Below, piece after piece: positions 19,232-31,580 of a stretch of 64,000 nt of DNA. Numbering within the stretch: position 1 is the first letter of the stretch; each line of letters begins with the position of its first letter. Source of the stretch: an uncultured cyanobacterium (GTDB lineage: Bacteria > Cyanobacteriota > Cyanobacteriia > Cyanobacteriales > CAWUOF01); the NCBI GenBank assembly GCA_963744145.1, contig CAVUSO010000001.1, forward strand, positions 320,001 to 384,000, in the 5' to 3' direction. A program made the translations under genes and the position numbers. The notes under the pieces were generated by a model. That model saw only the letters and a program-made list of their open reading frames with translations. It was not told where the DNA came from and ran no database searches.

Positions 19232-19632
19232 TGAGATTTCTGCTCGACACAAATATCTGTATTTATATTATCAAACAGAAGCCTATTTCCGTTCGTCAAC
19301 GTTTCCAATCAGTCAATACAGGACATATCGGTATTTCAATTGTTACACTTGCCGAATTGGAGTATGGTGCTGCTAAAAGTAAAAACCCTATAAGAAACCG
19401 TGAAACTCTTAAAGTATTCTGCGCTCCTTTCGAGATCATCGACTTTAATGAAGAAGATGCGCGAATTTTTGGCAAGATTCGTACTGATTTAGAGCAACGA
19501 GGACAGCCTATTGGCAGTTATGACTTGCTTATTGCCGCACAAGCCCTTAGTCGCGGTCTTATTATCGTAACGAACAATATTAAAGAATTTAGTCGCATTG
19601 ATGGGCTAGTTATTGAGAATTGGGTCAAATAG
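19228..19632 (+). CDS. vapC: VapC-family PIN-domain toxin
   Basis: FLLDTNICIY, ELEYG, IGSYDLLIAAQA, VTNN..EFSRI..L..ENW. Confidence 0.92.
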   Translation: MMRFLLDTNICIYIIKQKPISVRQRFQSVNTGHIGISIVTLAELEYGAAKSKNPIRNRETLKVFCAPFEIIDFNEEDARIFGKIRTDLEQRGQPIGSYDLLIAAQALSRGLIIVTNNIKEFSRIDGLVIENWVK

Positions 19633-19784
19633 AATGAGGCGATTGATCTGTTAACAATTTGGATTCATCGCGATCGCTATAATTATGTAATAACTGGGTA
19701 GCGATCGCTTTGGTGGTGATTGTCTCTGTGCTTTGATTGGGTGTTTTTGGGTGCGATCGCATTAAAGATTTTATTAATCATTGA

Positions 19785-21401
19785 TTATTTTCCAATAGTT
19801 TCACTTTTAAAAGATAATTTAATATTGGGTAAACCTGAATTCTTTAATCGGTTAGAAATTTCTGCTTTAGCTGATGGAAAAGTAGGAAAATTCTCATTCA
19901 TTCCAAAAGGAATCCCTACACTATATCCGATTTTTTCTATTTTTATATTAACCCTAGCAGGTACTATATACTTCCGAGGTGAGATATAAAATTTCTCTAG
20001 ATAACCGCTCCCATTACTTAAATTTTTGATAAAATCATCACTAAAATAGTTAGTAGCAAGATCGGCAAAATCTTTCAGATATTCTTCAAACAAAAGCCAT
20101 CCAATTTTATCAACACCAGCTAAAACGTAAACAGTATCAAATCTACAAGAGGGATTTTGTACTTTCTGATTGTTTAATATTCCGGAGACTGAATTAAATA
20201 TAGGAACTATCTGACCATTAGAATATTTTATAGATTCAGAAGGCATTTGTGGATCAAGACTAAAACATTTAACGAATAATCCTATTTTTTCTCTAATCCC
20301 ACTAAATCTAAATTCTCTTTTCTCATATTTATGAAGATTAATTCCCCGTTTTAATAATAATTCCTCAATCGTATTAAATTCAGAATTAACTAATGTTGAT
20401 TTTATTTGTTCAGAGCGACGAGAGCGACTTCCTAATCCACGCATTCCAGTTTTATATTCCTGACTAACTTTGGACATAGTTGCATTAATAGCTTCACGTT
20501 CCAAAGTTTCATCATTGAATAGGATTTCAATCAAATCTGAATTATATGGTTTAAGTCTCTTTAAGCAGAAAGTGTAATAATGATCTTGGTCAGCTTGATT
20601 TTGAATATTAGCTAATGATTCTGGAGTTAATGCGTTAATAGGTTCTTTAGCTAAGGTAGTTTCAATATATTCTCTCATTTGCGGCGCTTCTTCTTTTAAA
20701 TACAAACCTTTCCAATAATTAACCTCAATTACATATCCATTTACATAAAGACGATACATAAAAGAGTAAGTAGGTGGTAAACCAGGTGGCAAGTTTTCCC
20801 ATTTATTAGCATAAGCTTTGCGACTATTAAATGCTTGCCTGATAACTCCTTGTGTATTCTGCCAATTCTGAGTATCAAGCTGGTATTTCGTGGCAAAAGC
20901 TTCTAAATCGAGACAAATATGAATAATGCTTAATCCCAAAATTCTTTTCTGTACCATCCAGTCAATAGTGTTTAAGTTCTGGGGTTGGTTTTGAATATCT
21001 TTTCTAGGTGGCTCTACTCCTAAGATGAAAGCAAAATCAGCGATCGCGATTATTGTTTCCCTTAAAAGAGTTTCAGTTGGACGTACTGCTTTCGTCTTTA
21101 CTGGAGTAGAGTTTAACTCTGGACAATATGTTTCAATACGTTGGGTTTCTACATGATCTAATTGAGACACACTAACTTGTTCATAATAAATAGTAAAATA
21201 TCTCTTTTTCTGCGATTCTAGTTGATCAATACGGTGATGAGCTTTCCCTTGCCAACGCTTATTGAGATTTTTGGTTTTTCCTATATACCAAATATGGTTA
21301 TTTTCGTCTAAAACATAGTAAATTCCAGAATATTCAGGAAGTAGATGTTTCATTGATAAAGAAATCTTTGAAAGTTGCAGAATATTTTCGTCAGCAATCA
21401 T
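19785..21401 (-). CDS. GIY-YIG nuclease family protein with a long uncharacterised C-terminus
   Basis: LPEYSGIYYV..WYIGKTKNLNKRW..HHR..E..I..PELN. Confidence 0.8.
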   Translation of the reverse strand: MIADENILQLSKISLSMKHLLPEYSGIYYVLDENNHIWYIGKTKNLNKRWQGKAHHRIDQLESQKKRYFTIYYEQVSVSQLDHVETQRIETYCPELNSTPVKTKAVRPTETLLRETIIAIADFAFILGVEPPRKDIQNQPQNLNTIDWMVQKRILGLSIIHICLDLEAFATKYQLDTQNWQNTQGVIRQAFNSRKAYANKWENLPPGLPPTYSFMYRLYVNGYVIEVNYWKGLYLKEEAPQMREYIETTLAKEPINALTPESLANIQNQADQDHYYTFCLKRLKPYNSDLIEILFNDETLEREAINATMSKVSQEYKTGMRGLGSRSRRSEQIKSTLVNSEFNTIEELLLKRGINLHKYEKREFRFSGIREKIGLFVKCFSLDPQMPSESIKYSNGQIVPIFNSVSGILNNQKVQNPSCRFDTVYVLAGVDKIGWLLFEEYLKDFADLATNYFSDDFIKNLSNGSGYLEKFYISPRKYIVPARVNIKIEKIGYSVGIPFGMNENFPTFPSAKAEISNRLKNSGLPNIKLSFKSETIGK

Positions 21402-21409
21402 ATTATTAT

Positions 21410-21505
21410 TATTCCAAGCAATAAGCCTTAGCGTGCCAAATACTCACGCTCCGGCAACTCAATATTCAACCGTTTTACGGGTTCAGTCATTACTTTCCTG
21501 GGCAT
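21410..21505 (-). pseudogene. Truncated RHH paralog of 12283..12456
   Basis: MPRKVMTEPVKRLNIELPEREYLAR*AYCLE* with a premature TAA. Confidence 0.65.
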
Positions 21506-21612
21506 TGTGGGTGTTTCACAAAACTCTTGTACTAATTGTATTATATAGTTCGTGGAAACGTCCAGTAGCAAGTAATCGATATCTGGCCAAGTCTCTGAAT
21601 GCTCAATACCAG

Positions 21613-21880
21613 TGGTAAGATTTGGATTCAATGGAATGGAACTGAAGAAGATGTTGCTCTGACAAGGAGTAAAAATGGGAGTTCCTCAAGAAGATATTGT
21701 AATTGGCTTTCATCCACCCTATATGCGTCAATATACGAGACCTCTTGCAAAAGTCCTTATTGATCTATTTATTGACAGGCAAGATGCCTGTCCCACCAGA
21801 AAAAATCCCTTTTGTGGGACAGGCATCTTGCCTGTCCTATTTATTTTTGCAAGAGGTCTACGGAATATGCAATTAATTAA
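21613..21880 (+). pseudogene. XisI-family protein C-terminal remnant, interrupted by a MITE
   Basis: GKIWIQWNGTEEDVA / MGVPQEDIVIGFHPPYMRQYT [insertion] EYAIN*. Confidence 0.8.
21738..21859. mobile_element. 122-bp MITE
   Basis: Terminal inverted repeats AGACCTCTTGCAAAA / TTTTGCAAGAGGTCT, 3-bp target duplication ACG, internal GACAGGCAAGATGCCTGTCCCAC inverted pair. Confidence 0.85.
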
Positions 21881-21953
21881 TCATTGGTTTGGAGTAGGGT
21901 CGCTCATATAGATTGCCAGAACAGGAGCGATCGGCTATAGTGGTGTATAAGGC

Positions 21954-23342
21954 TTGTCAATCAAGGGGATGACTCTAATGATAAATGCAGAAACAGATCA
22001 AACAGCTCATCGCGTAGTAATTGTTGGTGGTGGCTTTGGTGGGTTGTATGCGGCGAAAGCTTTGGGTCGTACTCCTGTAAAAGTGACTTTGGTTGATAAA
22101 CGAAATTTTCATTTGTTTCAACCGCTTTTGTATCAGGTAGCAACAGGAACTTTATCACCTGCTGATATTTCTTCTCCACTCCGTGCGGTATTAAGCAATA
22201 ACCAAAATACTCAAGTATTATTAGCCGAAATGCAGGATATTGACCCGCAACAAAAAAAACTGATTTTAACCCGTGGCGAGGTTGATTATGATACTTTAAT
22301 TATTGCTACTGGAGTTAGGCATCACTATTTTGGAAATGAGCATTGGGAAACAGCAGCACCGGGATTGAAAACCGTTGAAAATGCTTTGGAAATGCGACGG
22401 CGAATTTTCTTGGCGTTTGAATCTGCGGAAAATGAAACAGATTTAGAAAAACGTCGTGCTTGGTTGACTTTTGTAATTGTGGGTGGAGGACCGACTGGAG
22501 TAGAATTAGCTGGTGCCCTCGCAGAATTAGCCTTTGCTACTCTCAGAAAAGAGTTTCGCAATATTGATACATCTGAAGCAAAAATCTATCTATTAGAAGG
22601 GATGGATAGAATATTACCCCCCTATAAACCAGAACTTTCTACTAAAGCGGAAAAGTCTTTAAACAAACTAGGTGTGACTATCTTAACTAAAAGTCTAGTT
22701 ACTAATATTGATGGCGGTGTTGTAACTATAAAACAAGGAGATCAAACATCACAAATTGCGACTAAAACTATTTTATGGGCTGCGGGTGTAAAAGCTTCTC
22801 CTGTGAGTAAAGTTTTAGCAGAGCGCACGGGTGTACAATTAGATCGGGTCGGTAGAGTTATGGTGGAACCGAATTTAACCGTTAAGGATTATCCCGATAT
22901 TTTTGTGATTGGTGATTTAGCAAATTATTCTCATCAAGACAGTAAACCCTTACCGGGAGTTGCACCTGTAGCTATGCAGGAAGGAGAATATGTGGCTCAA
23001 CTGATTCAACAACGGTTAAAAGGTTGTGAAAATGCTTTTCCTTTCCGTTATGTTGATGTGGGCAGTTTGGCGGTTATTGGACGTAATTACGCTGTAGTAG
23101 ATTTGGGTTTAGTTAAGTTATCTGGTTTCTTAGCTTGGCTAACTTGGGTATTTGTGCATATCTACTACTTAATCGAATTTGATAATAAGTTAGTGGTAAT
23201 GATTCAGTGGGCTTGGAGTTATTTTACCCGCAAAGGTGGTGCTCGTCTAATTACGGGAGATGAATCTTTAGGTGTAGTAGGAATTAACGAACAAGGTGAA
23301 TATTATGTACCACAAGCGAAGAAATCTCCTTCAGAAGTTTAA
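21954..23342 (+). CDS. Type II NADH dehydrogenase (NDH-2, FAD-dependent oxidoreductase)
   Basis: VVIVGGGFGG, FQPLLYQVATG, GGGPTGVELAG, WAAGV, IGD. Confidence 0.92.
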   Translation: MSIKGMTLMINAETDQTAHRVVIVGGGFGGLYAAKALGRTPVKVTLVDKRNFHLFQPLLYQVATGTLSPADISSPLRAVLSNNQNTQVLLAEMQDIDPQQKKLILTRGEVDYDTLIIATGVRHHYFGNEHWETAAPGLKTVENALEMRRRIFLAFESAENETDLEKRRAWLTFVIVGGGPTGVELAGALAELAFATLRKEFRNIDTSEAKIYLLEGMDRILPPYKPELSTKAEKSLNKLGVTILTKSLVTNIDGGVVTIKQGDQTSQIATKTILWAAGVKASPVSKVLAERTGVQLDRVGRVMVEPNLTVKDYPDIFVIGDLANYSHQDSKPLPGVAPVAMQEGEYVAQLIQQRLKGCENAFPFRYVDVGSLAVIGRNYAVVDLGLVKLSGFLAWLTWVFVHIYYLIEFDNKLVVMIQWAWSYFTRKGGARLITGDESLGVVGINEQGEYYVPQAKKSPSEV

Positions 23343-23431
23343 GCTGCTTTCCTAATTATTTAATCAGCTCCAGATGTATTGAAGTAAATTTAGGCGATCG
23401 CTTAGTAGAGCCATTAGATTCACAGATTAAA

Positions 23432-26400
23432 TTATGGCGATCGCATAATCGGTTCAATAAATTCCATAATACCAGCATCATCAAAATTGTCAATAAACTC
23501 TAGCAAACGAGTCAAAAAAGGTTTATATTGTGGGTTCAACTGTTCTAATCGATTAGCTTCATTTATCACCATATCCAGATCACCAATTCTAGCAGCTTGA
23601 TAGATTTGTTCTAGTTCAGTAGCTAGAGGAAATATCATTTCTTGCTGGGTTACTGTTTCTATTTCTTCATAGTTCCAAGTCAGTTGTAAATGAGTTGCTA
23701 AGAGATTAAATAAGTCTGGGGCATTAACTGGTTTAGCGAGAAAGTCATCACCACCCGCGTCTAAACTCATTTGTTGATCTAGTTGTGCTACAGATGCAGA
23801 TGAAACTAAAACTTTTAAACTTTTTAATTTCTCGTCTTCACTATTTCGTAATTGTTTAAGAAACTCAAAACCATCCATTACAGGCATTTGTAAATCTGTG
23901 ATTACTAAATCTGGTAGTTGTTCTCTGATTTTTTCTAAACCTTCTTTTCCGTTCTCCGCGACCCTAACTATAAAACCAATCGGTTCTAGTAGATTTACAA
24001 TTACTGCCCGATTTTCCCAGCGATCGTCTACAACCAATATTTGTTTTTGATTACCATTAAGTACGGGCGTATTGCAATACGCCCCTACAATATTACCTGT
24101 ATTACTTTTTTGGTGTTGTACCCATTCGACCTTTAAGGGTAATTCTACTTCAAAAAAGAATTTACTGCCTACTCCTAATGTACTCTCAACCTTAATTTGC
24201 CCTCCCATCAACTGGACAATTTGTTGACTAATGGCTAATCCTAAACCTGTCCCTTCCGCTTGACGAACGCGATCGCCTACTTGTTGAAATGCTTGAAATA
24301 ATTTCTTAATATTTTCTTGACTAATTCCAACTCCTGTGTCGATCACGGAAAAGCGTAGATAAGCAAAGGACATTGGACTAATATTTGAGTTTAATTGTTC
24401 AACTTTTAGAGTAACACTACCGCGATCAGTAAATTTAATCGCATTACCTAAGAGATTAATTAATACCTGACTTAATCGTTTTTCATCAACGATCACCCCA
24501 TCAGGTAAATCAGGATCAGGTGTATACTGAAAGTCAATATCTTTTTGTTGAGCGCGGATTTGAGAAATTTCCACCACACTTTGGACGAGAGATGGTAAAT
24601 GAATCGCATTGGGTACTAATTCAAGTTTACGTGCTTCGATTTTAGAGAGGTCGAGAACATCATTAATTAAAGTGAGTAAATGTACACCGCATTGATGAAT
24701 AATATTAACACCATGAAGTTCATCTTTGGGGATGAATTTGGAGCGTCCCAGAATTTGAGCATAACCCAATATCCCATTTAATGGTGTTCGTAGCTCATGA
24801 CTCATGTTAGCCAGAAATTCGCTTTTAGCTTGATTAGCATTGTCTGCTAATTGTTTAGCAAGTTCTGCTTCTTCTTTAGCTTGTTTTAGTTCAGTTGTCC
24901 GCGCTTCTACCCTACTTTCTAGTTCCTGATTAGCATTCTGGACGGTTTGATACAGACGCGCATTTTCTAAAGAAATAGCAGCTTGGGTGCAAATGAGATT
25001 GAGTAATTTCAAGCGATCGCTAGTAAATGCTCCCACAGTCAAATTATTTTCTAAATACAACACTCCTAGCAATTGTCCTTGATTAAGAATCGGGCTACAA
25101 AGGACACTTTGAGGTTGATGTTGTTGAATATAACTATCTGTAGCAACCTGGGGATCTATTCGCGCATCAATTAATACTAAAGGTTGCAAAGTCCGTTTGA
25201 CCGTATTCACTAAACTAATCGCTACATCCTGACTCAATTCTAGAGGAATAGATGGTAATAGTTGGGGGGATTGTCCCTCAGTTCCCAATGCCACTATTTT
25301 TAACTCTAGGTCTTGTTGGAGTAGGAGGACACACTTACTTGCTCCAGAATTAGTCAGGACTATTTCTAGGAGAGTTGTGAGGAGTTGATTGAGTTCAATT
25401 TCTCCAGAAATTGCTTGAGATGCTTTGAAAAGAGTTTCCAAATCTAAATCTGTAGATGTACTACTAGCACTAGAGGTAGATGAGTCAGTAGGTCGAGGGT
25501 TTATTTCTCCAGAAACAGTAAAGGATCGAGCTGATTTAAGTATAGGTGTAAGGAGTTGAGGATAACGTTTTTCTAAATCCTCCACTTTGGCTTTGGCTCC
25601 CCATCGAGCATAGCAGTAGTAGGCTGCTTGCATATAGAGGGCAGCAATTTTTTCTTTACCCCAATTGAGGTAAAATTTAGCTGCGAGTTCGTTAGCGAGT
25701 GCTTCCTCTTGGATGTAGCCGTTTTCTTTAGCTTTGGCGATCGCTTGATCATATAGTTCGATCGCGGCTATTTTCTGTTCCAAAACTCGAGATTTTTCTG
25801 CTTCTACTAACTGCCACTTATGCAAAAAATTCATGGGGGCGTGTTGCGCCCAATTTTGCATCTTGGCTTGATTTTCTTCAACTCTTTGCCATAATTGCTC
25901 TCGTTCCACTCCCTGTTTATCTGACCACAATGCAAGCTGAGTTAGAGAATCATAAAAATAAAATACGGCAACTTTAAAAGCTCCAGCTACTGCTACCAGA
26001 TATTGTTTAGCGTAGTCTGCTACACTTTGAGCATATTCCCATTCTTGAAAAAGATAACAAAGCATTAGCTGATTGACATACAGTGTTCCCAGCTCATATA
26101 AATCATCTACTTTTTGCTGTGACAGGATGATGTCTTCATCATATATTGTTCCCTGAATCCGCCAAGCACATTGGCTCTGACCTAGTAAATTCAAAACTGA
26201 TTGGTAAGTCAGTCGGACATAGTTATAAGCCACTTGTTTAAGTTGCCCTAATACTTGACTATAAGCAGCCATCTCCTGTTGCCAGTCCAAGAGTTCTTTA
26301 CCAGAGAAAAAGCACAAATCGCAGTAATTATAAGCACAATGACCAGCATATTCTAGCGCCCCATTTTCTAACCCACTATGATATCCCTCAACCAGGGGCT

Positions 26401-29400
26401 TTAGGGAATCCTGAATGTGATATTTCCAGGGTTTGACAAATCCATAGAGAATATTATGGGTGCTGGCTTTGAATTCCTTATTCTTGAACCGCAACAATAT
26501 TTCTAAAGCCAATTCTCCAGCCTGATTACCTGCCTCAATTTCACCGACTACTGCACATAAAATTACCCCGTAATTAGCATAAGATAATGCTGATGTGGCT
26601 GCGTTGCCATACTGCACTGCTAGTTGTATTTGTTTGAATGCAAACAATTGGAAAAATATTGAACCTCCTGTATATGCACATCCTGTCGTAAATATCAAAA
26701 TCCGGAGTGCTACCAAGGCTTTAGGATCTACCATTTCTGGTAAATCCAGTAAGGTTTTCAGTGGTTTTCCTGCTAGCATCGCTTGGGTTTCTTGCAAACT
26801 TTGTGCAATATCTTTTTCTGTGGGGTCCCGGGGAAATATCACTCCCAATAATTCCAGCACAGATAGACCAGTTTTTACAGCTTCTAGCTGCTGACTCTGT
26901 GCCATATAAGCCACAATTTTGGCTTCATAAGCTTTTACTTTGTCTAGTAATTTTCTCGCCTGTTGGAAGACTATATTTACAAAATCTTCCATCAATTGAA
27001 AATCGCCATTCAGACAGGCAACTTCTGCGGCTAATTCATATAGTCCTAACGTCAGTTCATAGCTTTCTTGCCAACTGTCCCTAGGTAACAATTCAATCCC
27101 TTTTATTAAATACTCCATTGCCGCTCGGTAAGCAGTTGCGGATTTTACCTTTTGGGCAGCAGCTAAATTAAGTGTTGCCAGTTCGTGCCGATCGCTTGGG
27201 GATGTAATTAACTCTGCACCTTGGTTTAATTGATTGACGATATCTAAGAGTTTTTCGCTTCTTTCTGCTAGGGGAGTTACCTGCAATAATTGCCTGCCAA
27301 TTTTTAAGTGTGTCGGTTGTTTTAGTCGGTCAGGGATGAGAGAATAGGCTGCTTGTTGCACCCGATCATGCAAAAATCGATAAGTCGGATTTGCTGAGAC
27401 TTGAACAGTTTCTTCTCTCTCGGTTTGGGTAAAGAATTTATAGATTTTAGTGGTGGGAATTATTAAGCCTTCTTGTAATGCTTTCCATAACGCTGTAGCT
27501 GTCATAGTCGGGGATTTCTCACTAACAATTGCCAAGGTATCTAAATTAAATTGCGTCCCCACACAAGCTGCTAGTTTCAGAATCTCCTGAGTCTCTGTTA
27601 GCAGTTTTTGCAATTGCAGAGCCATAAATTCCACCACATCATCGGTCAGTGCTAAAGCTATAACTTGTGCAAGATCACACTGCCAATGTCCAATCTCCGA
27701 GTTAAAGCTAATTAGCTGGTCATCATGTAATGCTTTGAGAAATTGTGTGGCAAAAAAAGGATTCCCCTGGGTTTTTTGATATACTAACTTGGTCAAAGGT
27801 TCGGCCAATGATAGGTTACAATTCAGTGTATCTGCTACCAAGTGATTTAAATTTTGTTGGCTTAATGGTAACAAGGTAATTGTATTTACGATCATGCCAG
27901 TTTTGACAATTTCATTTACTGTTAAAATAAATGGATGCACGCTCGAAACTTCATTATCTCGATAAGCTCCTAATATCAATAGATATCCTGTATCTTGCAT
28001 CAATAATTTCAGCAAATTTAGCGATGCAGAATCTGCCCATTGCAAGTCATCTAAAAACATTACTAATGGATGTGCTTGACTGGTGAAAACTTGCAGAAAT
28101 TTCTGGATGATCAGATTAAACCGATTTTGAGCAGCACTTCCTGATAGTTCTGTTACTGGTGGTTGTTTACCAATGATGCTTTCTAATTCCGGAATCACTT
28201 CAATTAATACTTGTCCATTTTCTCCTACTGCTGCTAAAATCTGAGTTTTCCATTTTTCGAGTTCGGTATCCAACTCCGATCGCAATTGTCCCATTAAATC
28301 TCGGAATGCTTGCACAAATGCACTGAAGGGAATATTCCGTCTATATTGATCATATTTACCTTTGATAAAATAACCTCGTTGACGCACGATCGGTTTATGT
28401 ACTTCATTGACAACTGCTGTTTTTCCAATTCCCGAAAATCCTGCTACTAGCATCATTTCGGTGCTACCTGCACTGACTCTTTCAAATGCTTCCAGCAGTT
28501 TGGCTACTTCTTTTTCTCGACCATAGAGTTTTTCCGGGATGGTAAAGCGATCGCTAATATCTTGCTGACCAAGTTGAAAATTTTCGATTTTACCTGTTTG
28601 TGATAATTGAGCTAGACAAATTCCTAAATCATGTTTTAATCCTAATGCACTCTGATAGCGATCTTCGGCATTCTTCGCAATTAGCTTCGCGACAATTTTT
28701 GATATAATTAAAGGAATATCTGGTTTAATTTCATGGATTGGAATTGACTGTTTAGCCAGATGACAATGAATTAATTCCATCGCATCTTTAGCGCAAAATG
28801 GTAATTCTCCTGTTAATAATTCATAGAATGTTATACCCAGAGAATAAAAATCACTCCGATAATCTATCCCTCGATTCATCCGACCCGTCTGTTCTGGAGA
28901 GATATAGGCTAAAGTTCCTTCTAACACATTAGCATTCTGGATTTCTTCTGTTTCTCGTGGGAGCAGAGAAGAAATACTAAAGTCAATTAGTTGAATTTGT
29001 TTAGTAGCTAGATTAATTAGAATATTAGCGGGTTTAATATCTTTATGAATGACTCGATTTTGGTTGAGATAGTGGAGAATATCTGTAAGTTGAATCGCAA
29101 TTTTCAAAAATTCTGTTAATGGTAAGCCTTGATTGATTTTGGGTTTATTTGTGCCTGTGGTAAGATAAGTCGATAGGGAGATCCCACCAAAGTCTTCCAT
29201 GACTAGAGCATAGCTATTGTAGTATGCTTCCAAACTCAGGGGTTTGACGATTTGAGGGAAGTCCAGATTTCTGGTAATCGTATATTGGTTGCGAAACTGG
29301 ACGATTTCGGTAAAATTGGGGTATTCGTTACGCAGGATTTTGATGACAACGGAATGTTGGTCGCTAGTACGCATACCTCGATAGACCAGGGTGCAGCCGA

Positions 29401-29456
29401 CCTGTGTAGAGTTCCTCTGTTATTTGATAGCCTGATAAACTGGCGATCGCATTCAT
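23432..29456 (-). CDS. Multidomain Ser/Thr kinase - AAA ATPase - GAF - histidine kinase - receiver protein (apparent frameshift near the 5' end; open frame from 29374)
   Basis: [44 protein letters not shown], receiver DLQMP; upstream MNAIASLSGYQITEELYTG (ATG at 29456) is out of frame. Confidence 0.88.
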
Positions 29457-29562
29457 AACAGTCATAATGTCCACACCTCTCTTTGCTTGACAAGGGTTAA
29501 TTTTCCGATCCAGATGACTTAATTATTAACATGAATTCAGGTATTTTGCTAAAAAATATCTT

Positions 29563-31231
29563 TTATAGCGATCGCATAATCGGTTCAATAAATTCCATAA
29601 TACCAGCATCATCAAAATTGTCAGTAAACTCTATCAAACGAGCAACAAAAGTTTTATACTCAGGGTTCAACTGTTCTAACCGATTAGCTTCATTTATCAC
29701 CATTGACTTGATGTTTTTCTTTCTGAGGGATAGCTTTGGAACGTTCCAGAATTTGAGCATAACCTAAAATATCATTCAATGGTGTTCTTAATTCATGACT
29801 CATATTAGCAAGAAATTCACTTTTAGCTTGATTAGCACTATCCGCTAATTGTTTAGCTTGTTTCAGGTCAGCGGTGCGTTCTTCTACTCGTTGTTCTAGT
29901 TCAGTATTGGTATTTTCAAGGAAATTAAAAGCAAGATAGAGTTGGTTACTCATTTCATTGAAGGTTTGTCCTAGCTGATCTAGTTCTTTAATCTTTTCTG
30001 GTTGGATTTTTTGATCTAAGTTTCTCTTGGCAATTTCTTGAGATGCTTTATTTAAACGAGCAATAGGTTGTAAAATCCAACGAGATGTATAAATGCCAAA
30101 AATTACGGCTATGATTAAAGCCAAGATACATAGGAAAATCGTACTATAAGTATTGGCTTTGATCTGGTCCATAAAATCAGTTTCGGGCACAACTACCACG
30201 ATCAACCAATCTAAACCATAATTATCTCGGAAAGGGGTTACTTGAATAAATTCGTTTTTTTCATTGATTTCAGACTCCAACAGTTCCGTTTCTTGAATTG
30301 AAGTGAGATTACCGAAGCGTTGCTGAATATAAGCGGTAGTATCTTTAATTTCTGGAACTTGACTTTGACTGGTATTCAGACGTGTCGATAACGTAGAAGA
30401 TAATTTCTTAATTGGCAGCTCATCTGTTGATGAAGCTACCAAATCTCCAGAGCGTTCAATAATAAAAATTTTTCCAGTTTTGCCGATTTTTATGCTTTTC
30501 AGAAATTTGTTAATATCCGATAAGCTAATGTCAACTGCCAGCACTCCCAATAAAGAACCTTGAGGAGTATAAATTGGCTTAGTTGCAGCGATCGCCATCT
30601 CTGCTCTGGGGCTAACCCACAGATAAATCGAACTCCAATTTGCCTTACCAATACTAATTGCTTTTTTGTACCAAGGTCTTTTAGTGACGAAAAAGTTTGC
30701 TCCAGTTAAAATTAACTTGGTTGTTTGTCCTTGGTCGTTAACTTCATAGGTTAATAAATCTGTGGTTCCTGGTTTCACGATCGATAAGTTAGGTAGTTTC
30801 CCAGGAACTGCTTCTGCTCCTATGTATAGCCCTTTAGCATAAGCCAAACCAAAATATGAAAAATCCGGCAGCTTACGCATGGTTTCCCACAGCACTCGTC
30901 TAGTGGCGATCTCATTTTTAGGATTAATTTGATTAGTTTCGATTAAACTAGCAATCACTTGATTGATTTCTTGGGGTTTGGCTAAATAGGATTGCAGTCG
31001 ATCTTGAATGCGTTTCGTAACTTCTGATCGTAACTGTTGAGCTACATCATTAACAGCCTTCTGCCCATTGCGTAAAGAAAGCCATCCTGTTACCCCTACA
31101 GCAGCAAATATTAAAATGATAAATGGCGCTATAAGTATTAATTTTAGCGGTATTGAAGACCGCTGGTCTTGTATTTTGAATGATTTTGAAATTGCTCCTA
31201 AGATTGATTCTGAAACTTGTTTGATTGGCAT
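29563..31231 (-). pseudogene. Cache-HAMP histidine kinase with an internal deletion (HATPase and receiver lost)
   Basis: TM-Cache-TM-HAMP-HisKA (SHELRTPLN), then an abrupt out-of-frame junction at about 29703 to a tail homologous to 23432-23572. Confidence 0.8.
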
Positions 31232-31580
31232 AGCAATTTTTGTGGTAAGTTTTTGTTTTAAATAGTTTGTGTAAGCAGGATATTTTATTGTCTACCATAT
31301 TTTTTAAATTATGACTCTAAATAATACTATTTTTTTATTTTATCTTTTATGAGTTTGCCTAATTAACTTTTGCTAAGTATATTATGGTTTCTTTAATGTT
31401 TATATATGTTTATATTAAGATGTCTTAAATGCTACCAATATATATTTATCAAATCTGAGACATTGTTTATAGCGTGCATTGCTCTAGGAGATTGTCTTTT
31501 TCATCAACTGCGTAAGTTTTGGCTATATGTGTTATATGTAAACGATATACAACTAACAAAAACTACAAAAAAAAGAACCC

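Noticed and set aside
21428..21631. 67-aa ORF as a real gene
   Set aside because: Only its last 25 codons match the RHH paralog; the remainder reads through non-coding DNA and antisense xisI sequence
21613..21880. nif-interrupting excision element implied by xisI
   Set aside because: No recombinase is present and the nif genes in the window are uninterrupted; xisI homologs are widespread on their own
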